The notes under the pieces: generated by a model
Told to the model about the DNA's origin: nothing
Seen by the model: the letters and a program-made list of their open reading frames with translations, nothing else
Database searches by the model: none
Source of the DNA: Betaproteobacteria bacterium
GTDB lineage: Bacteria; Pseudomonadota; Gammaproteobacteria; Burkholderiales; JACQAP01
DNA length: 55,746 nucleotides
Assembly: GCA_031406075.1 (NCBI GenBank)
Contig: JANOGP010000356.1
Location: 1-55,746 of the forward strand
Reading direction: 5' to 3'
Translations under genes and position numbers: made by a program
Part shown: positions 49,809 to 55,746 of the stretch, one piece after another
How the letters are laid out: each line of letters starts with the position of its first letter
Position numbering within the stretch: position 1 is the stretch's first letter

Positions 49809-51068
49809 ATGCCAGAAACCAGGGCGCAACCTCAACCGGAACGCTCGCCCGTACGCTATGCGCCCGGATGGATTTTGGATTTTCCATTCCAGGCGATCGG
49901 TCTCCGGCACGTCCTTATCGCCGCGGCTGCCTTGCTGTTCCTTGCCGGGTGCGCGCCGACACGCCACTACCAGTCGTTGCTCGTGCTGGCGGACATGGGC
50001 GCCGGCGACGACCCGTCGCGGTGGAAGAAAGTCACCCCACCACCCCGGCGGCAATCCGTAGCCTTCGACGTGAACGGCCGCGTCCACATGGGCGATCTAT
50101 ATCTGCCAGGGGACGCCGAGCCGGCCGCTGGCATCGTGCTGGTGCCGGGCGCCGTGCCGGAAGGCAAGGACGATCCGCGCCTGGTGGCCTTCGCCACGAC
50201 GCTCGCGCGCGCGCGCTTTGCGGTGCTCGCGCCGGAGCTCCCTGGTTTCAGGGAATTGCGCGTCCGGCCAACCGACACCCGAGCGGTGGCCGATGCCTTC
50301 GCCTGGCTGGCGAGCCGTTCGGATCTGGCCCCCGGGGGAAGTGCGGGGATCGGCGCGTTCAGCTACTCGGTGGGGCCGGCGGTGCTCGCTGCCCTGGAGC
50401 CCGACATTCGCGAGCGGGTGCGCTTCATCGTGGCGGTGGGGGGCTATTACGACCTGTTCCGCGCGATCCGCTTCTTCACCACCGGCTACTTCGAGGTGGA
50501 CGGCAAGGGGGGCTACCTGAAACCGGACGACTACGGCAGACTGGTGTTCGCCTACGGCGCAAAAGCGTACTTGCGCGCGCCGCGGGACCGCAAACTCATC
50601 GAGTCCGTCGCCGAGCGCAAGCGGCGGGATAGGGCGGCGGACGTGGCGGACTTGGTCGCCGGTCTGAGCCGGGAAGGAAAAGCCGTGTATGACGTGGCCG
50701 TCAATACCGACCCGGCGCGTTTCCCGGCGCTGCTCGCCGAGTTGCCGCACGCCATGCTCGCCGACCTCGACGCCCTGTCCCTGCACAACAAGGATCTCGG
50801 GCGGCTCGAGGCGCGCCTGTTGCTGATCCACGGCCGCAGCGACACTCTCATCCCCTATCCGGAAAGCCTGGCGCTGGCGCAAGCCGCGCCGGAGGGAAAG
50901 GCCAGGGTGTGGCTCATCAACCGGGTCCTCGGCCACGTGGATCTGAGCCTGGGCCATGCGTTCAGCTGGCAGTTCGTCAGCCAGGTGCTGCCCGATATCT
51001 GGCGCATGTTTCGCGCGGTGGACGCGTTGCTCAGCGAGCGGGACAAGAGTCCCCCGCAGGCCCCATGA
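49809..51068 (+). CDS. Alpha/beta-hydrolase-fold lipoprotein
   Basis: LAGC lipobox, GDLYLP, AFSYS nucleophile-elbow-like motif, LLIHGRSDTLIP, GH; start uncertain. Confidence 0.75.
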   Translation: MPETRAQPQPERSPVRYAPGWILDFPFQAIGLRHVLIAAAALLFLAGCAPTRHYQSLLVLADMGAGDDPSRWKKVTPPPRRQSVAFDVNGRVHMGDLYLPGDAEPAAGIVLVPGAVPEGKDDPRLVAFATTLARARFAVLAPELPGFRELRVRPTDTRAVADAFAWLASRSDLAPGGSAGIGAFSYSVGPAVLAALEPDIRERVRFIVAVGGYYDLFRAIRFFTTGYFEVDGKGGYLKPDDYGRLVFAYGAKAYLRAPRDRKLIESVAERKRRDRAADVADLVAGLSREGKAVYDVAVNTDPARFPALLAELPHAMLADLDALSLHNKDLGRLEARLLLIHGRSDTLIPYPESLALAQAAPEGKARVWLINRVLGHVDLSLGHAFSWQFVSQVLPDIWRMFRAVDALLSERDKSPPQAP

Positions 51069-53065
51069 GCGCGCGTCAAGCCGGAACGGCTTCGAGTCTT
51101 AGCGCCGAGGCGCTCGAGCAGACGGGCGCCACCCCGCGCGTACTGTTGTTAACTTCCACCCTGGGCTCGGGCCATCTGCGCGCCGCACAGGCTGTCGAGG
51201 CAGCATTGCTGGAACGCTCGCCAAGCGCGATCGTGCAGACGATGGATTTCTGGTCTTTGATGGACGCAGGCGTCGCACTAACCGTGCGTCAGACCTATCT
51301 GCGGCTGGTGGAGGAGCGCCCCGAACTGTACGACCGGATCTATCAGCTCGACCAACGCACCTGGCGCGACGTCCTGGAGCGCAACGAGGCGCCGCCGCCC
51401 GCTCTAGCCGAGGGCCTGGAGCTGCTCGCGGCCACCGCGGCAGACAACGCACGACTGGAGCCGAGCGGCGGCTACTATGCGCTGGATTGGGTGCTGTTTC
51501 GCTTGCTTTGCGCGGTCCTTCCCAAGCGTGTGCGCAGGAGTTCGGAAAACGGCGCCCTGGGGCGGCGCGCACTGATCAAGTGGGGTTGGTCGCGGCTTGC
51601 GCGACGGCTGGAAGCGCGCTTGCAGGCCTTCGGCCCCGATGTGGTTATAGCCACGCAGATGGGTCCGGCGGCCCTGCTGTCCTTCTTGAAAAAACGCCGC
51701 CACTTGAATGCAGCGTTGATCGGCGTATTGACTGATTTCGGTGTGCACGACCTCTGGATTCAGCCGGGGATCGACCGCTACTGCGTCGCTCATGACTCGA
51801 TGGCCGATTCGGCGGGCGTTGCCATCGGACGCTCGCGGATGTCTGTGACCGGTATTCCTCTGATGCCTGGCTTCCGAAATCCGCCCAGCGTCCGGCAAGC
51901 GCGGCTACAGCTCGGACTCGACCCAAACGCTCCGGTCGTGCTAGTACCGGGCGGTGGTCTGGGCCTGGGCGTGGACGCAGTCGCCGCACGTCTGCTTGCC
52001 TGTGAGGCCCCCGTGCAAGTGCTCGTATTGGCAGGTCGCAATGCGTGCGTACGCAATTCACTCGCTCCACTCGTCACTCGGTATCCGGGACGACTCACGG
52101 TGTGGGATTGGACCGAGCAAACGGAAGTTTTTATTCGTGCAGCCGATGTCGTGGTCGGCAAACCCGGCGGACTGACGGTGGCCGAGGCGCTGGCATGCGG
52201 CCGGCCGCTGTTGGCGACGCGCTCGTTGCGCGGCCAGGAAGGCTTCAACGAGCGCTTCCTCGAGAAGCACGGCGTCGGCCGCCTGGTGCCCGAGGACGAA
52301 TTACTGGCGAGCATCGAATCCCTGCTCGCGAATCCCGTCGAACTTGCCCGAATCCAGCATCGCGCATGGACTCTGGGCAAGCGCGACGGGGCGTCGCGTA
52401 TCGCAGAATTGGCCCTTGCGCTCGCGCAATCGCGAAGCCACAAGAAGCCCGTGCATGCACTAATGGACTGGGTGCGGCAGATTACGCAAAATTGCCTTCT
52501 CCGAGTGGACGACCGGTACCGCAACCGGCATCGGTTGCAGCCCGTCGGGGAGGTACTGTACGTGGGGCGCTCCCGGTATAGCGGCCCTGCAATCGAGTTC
52601 GCGGACGGTACCCGGTTAGCGCCCGGGGATCTCGTCGGCACGCTGCATTTCAACAACGCGCGCTTCCCCCTGATCGAAGCAGACACTTCCAGACGAGCGG
52701 CATTGCGCTTTGTGCGGCTCATGCTCAAGTCCATGCATATCCTGGCAGACAGGGCACGCCAGGATCCGCTGTTCTCGGATCTGGAGGTCTACCACGCGGT
52801 GAGCTGGCTGCCGCCTCATGGCCAGCGGATCGGTTTCATCACTGAACCGTTCCCGAATGGGCCCAAGAAGCGACTGATCGCCGCGTACTTCCGTCTTCTG
52901 GTGTGGGCGTTCGCGCCTGCAGAAGAGACCCGCGCTTCGGCCAGGCCGGACCCGACCATTTACTGGCTCACCCGCAAGGAACTGCTGCGGCGTTTCGGCG
53001 ACGTGCTCGATGATGTGAAAGAAACAAATGGCGAGTCTCCCGCACGGGTTTGCGCAGCCACCTGA
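51065..53065 (+). CDS. MGDG-synthase/UgtP-like GT28 glycosyltransferase fused to a C-terminal YkoP-like domain
   Basis: GSGHLRAA, VIATQ, VLTDF, TGIP, GGGLG, GKPGGLTVAEA, GQEGFN; extra ~190 aa with ADGTRLAPGDLVGTLHFNN; ATGA overlap. Confidence 0.82.
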   Translation: MSARQAGTASSLSAEALEQTGATPRVLLLTSTLGSGHLRAAQAVEAALLERSPSAIVQTMDFWSLMDAGVALTVRQTYLRLVEERPELYDRIYQLDQRTWRDVLERNEAPPPALAEGLELLAATAADNARLEPSGGYYALDWVLFRLLCAVLPKRVRRSSENGALGRRALIKWGWSRLARRLEARLQAFGPDVVIATQMGPAALLSFLKKRRHLNAALIGVLTDFGVHDLWIQPGIDRYCVAHDSMADSAGVAIGRSRMSVTGIPLMPGFRNPPSVRQARLQLGLDPNAPVVLVPGGGLGLGVDAVAARLLACEAPVQVLVLAGRNACVRNSLAPLVTRYPGRLTVWDWTEQTEVFIRAADVVVGKPGGLTVAEALACGRPLLATRSLRGQEGFNERFLEKHGVGRLVPEDELLASIESLLANPVELARIQHRAWTLGKRDGASRIAELALALAQSRSHKKPVHALMDWVRQITQNCLLRVDDRYRNRHRLQPVGEVLYVGRSRYSGPAIEFADGTRLAPGDLVGTLHFNNARFPLIEADTSRRAALRFVRLMLKSMHILADRARQDPLFSDLEVYHAVSWLPPHGQRIGFITEPFPNGPKKRLIAAYFRLLVWAFAPAEETRASARPDPTIYWLTRKELLRRFGDVLDDVKETNGESPARVCAAT

Positions 53066-53666
53066 GGCCAGGTGCGTGTACCTGACCTTTGACGACGGCC
53101 CGGATCCGCAATGGACGCCGCGTATCCTCGACATCCTGGCGCAGGCGAACGTTTGCGCGACATTCTTCGTGGTCGGGTGCTTCGCGCTCGAGCAGGTCGC
53201 ACTCGTGCGCCGAGTGGCTGCGAATGGGCACGAGGTGGGAAACCACACCTGGAGCCACCGCCATCCTTGGACGGTGCTCGCGTCGACCGCCCGCAAAGAA
53301 GTTCGCGATGGCGCCGCCGCAATCGCCGACCTCATCGGCCGGGCGCCGAAGTTTTTCCGGCCACCGCACGGGCGCTTGCGCCGTTGCATGATCGAGGAAG
53401 CCGAACGCGGCGGTCAGACCCTGGCGCTATGGAACCACAGCGCGGTTGACTGGGGGCCGCTGGGCTCTGCACGCAGGATTGCCCACCGACTGAGCGCGGC
53501 GCAGGCAGGCGACATCGTCCTGATGCACGATGGCGGCCGAGGCATCAACCGCCCCGAAGAACTGGTCAAAGTGCTGCAGGAGTTTCTTTCCAACCTCACC
53601 CGACGCGGCCTCGTGCCGAGTCTGCTTCCCGAGTTAGGCCCTCAACCGGGTCGGACCAGCGCATGA
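53028..53666 (+). CDS. Polysaccharide deacetylase (NodB domain)
   Basis: YLTFDDGP, ATFFVVG, GNHTWSH, FRPPHG, IVLMHDG. Confidence 0.93.
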   Translation: MASLPHGFAQPPEARCVYLTFDDGPDPQWTPRILDILAQANVCATFFVVGCFALEQVALVRRVAANGHEVGNHTWSHRHPWTVLASTARKEVRDGAAAIADLIGRAPKFFRPPHGRLRRCMIEEAERGGQTLALWNHSAVDWGPLGSARRIAHRLSAAQAGDIVLMHDGGRGINRPEELVKVLQEFLSNLTRRGLVPSLLPELGPQPGRTSA

Positions 53667-54415
53667 ATATCGTAAATATTCGAGGTCATGTGGCTGTTGT
53701 GATCGGCGGTTCTGGAGCAATCGGCTCCGCGATCTGCAGGCAGTTCGCCGAGACCGGCGCGACCTGCATCGTCACCTACAATCACGGCAAGGAAGCCGCG
53801 AAGGATCTGTTGCTGAGCCTGCCCGGGCAGGGACATTGGGCGGCCAACGTGCCGGTCGAAGACAGCGGCGCACTAAACGTTTTGGCGGCCGACGTCGAGG
53901 CCAAGCACGGCCGGCTCGACGTGCTGGTCAACTGCGCGGGCATAACCCGCTATGTGCCGCACAACGATCTCGACGCGCTCGACGATCGGTTGATCGACGA
54001 TATCTTCCGCGTCAACTGGCGCGGGCCGTTTGCCGCGGTAAGGGCTTTCCGCAAAATGCTGGCGGCCGGCGAGGGCGGGCTGGTGATCAACATCTCCTCG
54101 ATCGCCGGCGTGACCGCGATGGGAAGCAACGTCGCTTACTGCGCCTCGAAAGCGGCACTCGATTCGATGACGAAATCGCTGGCACGCGCACTGGCGCCCG
54201 AGATTCGGGTGGTTTCGGTTTCCCCCGGTCTGGTGGACACCGACTTCGTGGAGGGTCTGGACAAGAAGTGGCGCGACGAGCAGGCGGCACGCACGCCGCT
54301 CCGGCGTCTGGCCACTGCCGACGAAATCGGTGCGGCGACGCTGGCCGTCGTCACCCACTTCGGCTACTCTACCGGCTGCATTTTTCCGGTGGACGGCGGC
54401 CGGCCGCTGGCCTGA
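53663..54415 (+). CDS. Short-chain dehydrogenase/reductase
   Basis: GGSGAIG, VNCAG, YCASK, VDGG. Confidence 0.92.
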   Translation: MNIVNIRGHVAVVIGGSGAIGSAICRQFAETGATCIVTYNHGKEAAKDLLLSLPGQGHWAANVPVEDSGALNVLAADVEAKHGRLDVLVNCAGITRYVPHNDLDALDDRLIDDIFRVNWRGPFAAVRAFRKMLAAGEGGLVINISSIAGVTAMGSNVAYCASKAALDSMTKSLARALAPEIRVVSVSPGLVDTDFVEGLDKKWRDEQAARTPLRRLATADEIGAATLAVVTHFGYSTGCIFPVDGGRPLA

Positions 54416-54432
54416 CCGCGCGACATTCCCTC

Positions 54433-54882
54433 GTGTCAGAATTGAGCTCGCTTTACAACGATGTGATCCTCGATCACATCCGGAACGCCCGCAATTTCCG
54501 CGAACTCGGCGATGCCAACCGCAAGGCGCACGGCATCAATCCGCTGTGTGGCGATACGTTCAACGTGTATGCGAAGGTGGAAGACGGCCACGTCGTCGAG
54601 GCCGCGTTTCAGTGCGAGTGTTGCGGGATATCGATGGCGTCCGCGTCGATCATGACCGAAGCGGTCAAAGGCAAGACGGTGCAGGAGGCAAAAGCTCTGT
54701 ACAGGAATTTCGAGAAGCTTCTTCGCGACCCTGCTTCCGCTTCGGATCTGCACGGGGACTCGGGGCAGATGCCGGTGCTGGAACTGATTCGTGAGTTTCC
54801 CTCGCGCGTAAACTGCGCGCTGCTGGGCTGGCACACGCTCGATGCGGCGCTCGACGGGCGGTCGGAAGTGACGATCGGCTGA
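54433..54882 (+). CDS. SufU/IscU-family Fe-S scaffold / sulfur-transfer protein
   Basis: LYNDVILDH..NARN, NPLCGD, CGISMASAS, RVNCALLGW; GTG start 54433. Confidence 0.88.
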   Translation: MSELSSLYNDVILDHIRNARNFRELGDANRKAHGINPLCGDTFNVYAKVEDGHVVEAAFQCECCGISMASASIMTEAVKGKTVQEAKALYRNFEKLLRDPASASDLHGDSGQMPVLELIREFPSRVNCALLGWHTLDAALDGRSEVTIG

Positions 54883-54901
54883 CGGCTTCGGCCAAAGCCG
54901 G

Positions 54902-55507
54902 TTACTGCGCCTTGCAGATCTTGCGCAGGTCGCCGCCCGGGAACACTGTCAACGATTCGACATTGCCGCTCGCATTCAGGCGTACGGCGAGGCCGTTGAG
55001 GTAACAATACATCCGCATCATCGAAGTCGCGCCGTCCTGGCCGGTCACGCTCATTTCTCCAACCGATTGCGGCTTGCCGAAGCTCGCCCTGATCAGCGCT
55101 TCGGAAGAACCGACGTGCACGCCTTCCCGGGTCTGGAAGCTATCGAAGCGTTCGACCTGGATCGAGTAGACGGATTGATCGTGTTCGCGCACCAGCACCA
55201 GGATTGCGCCATCCGCAGACTCCGGGTCGGGGTAACGGTAAAGGAGCGCCGGCCGGCCGCCGGGCATGCGAGAGTTGGTGCCGGATACTGGTTCGCCGTA
55301 CACCTCGATCATTTTGCGCAGTGTCATGTCAAGAAACACCGGCCCGACGCGCACACCCGGAATCACCGTCCGGTCGTGCAGCAGATTCTCGGCCGCGGGG
55401 GCTTCCGCTTTTGGCGGCGGTGGCTCGGGCTCTTTTTTTGCCGACGCGCAAGCTGCCAGACCAAGTACTACGATCGCAACCCACAGCAAGCGCAACGTGT
55501 GGCTCAT
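54902..55507 (-). CDS. Hypothetical lipoprotein
   Basis: LAAC lipobox, Pro-rich linker, IPGVRVGPV...YGEP and TREGVHVGSS...FGKP repeats. Confidence 0.8.
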   Translation of the reverse strand: MSHTLRLLWVAIVVLGLAACASAKKEPEPPPPKAEAPAAENLLHDRTVIPGVRVGPVFLDMTLRKMIEVYGEPVSGTNSRMPGGRPALLYRYPDPESADGAILVLVREHDQSVYSIQVERFDSFQTREGVHVGSSEALIRASFGKPQSVGEMSVTGQDGATSMMRMYCYLNGLAVRLNASGNVESLTVFPGGDLRKICKAQ

Positions 55508-55513
55508 ATTTTC

Positions 55514-55746
55514 CTAAAGATCCGTTTTGTACCGCTGCCCGACCGCGCGATCGAATTCCGTGATCGCCTCGCGCGGCAGGCCGCCGCTCGCGGCAATTTC
55601 CTCGCCAAAGGAAATGGTCATCTTTTCCGGCCAGGTTTCGGGATTCCACAAATCGCTGCGCAGGAAGGCCTTGGCGCAATGGAAGTAGCACTCGGTAATG
55701 GCCACGCGCAATATCAGCAGCGCCGGGCTGCCACGCGCCGCGAGCG
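55514..55746 (-). CDS. Pyridoxamine 5'-phosphate oxidase-like FMN-binding protein, 3' part (runs off window)
   Basis: ECYFHCAKAFLRSDLW C-terminal motif. Confidence 0.75.
   Translation of the reverse strand, partial: LAARGSPALLILRVAITECYFHCAKAFLRSDLWNPETWPEKMTISFGEEIAASGGLPREAITEFDRAVGQRYKTDL

Overview
GC-rich bacterial chromosome segment; gene content resembles a betaproteobacterium. It carries about 45 metabolic, transport and signalling genes, including an aminotransferase, azlCD, SDRs, a thiolase, an IlvD-family dehydratase, a PAS kinase/NarL pair, two PAS-GGDEF genes (one frameshifted), an amidase, two NlpC/P60, mscL, DegQ, two acyl-CoA ligases, a Liv-type ABC system, dadA, a HisD-family enzyme, a MalT/BTAD regulator, an intact IS5-family element and a glycosyltransferase/deacetylase cluster. 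The most striking signal is intergenic. At least ten 120-315 bp fold-back elements have arms made of 8-9-nt tandem units (CACAGAG/CACGGAG, CGCAAAG or CGTGACG cores), and most sit just after stop codons. One copy is fused to a GxxExxY (PD-(D/E)XK-like nuclease) gene whose stop codon lies inside a repeat arm. Several arms also carry a precisely inserted, almost invariant 27-bp hairpin cassette. I infer a candidate nuclease-plus-non-autonomous-repeat mobile system, analogous to RAYT/REPIN, with a nested 27-bp module; mobility is not demonstrated. All calls come from motif recognition by eye; no searches were run.
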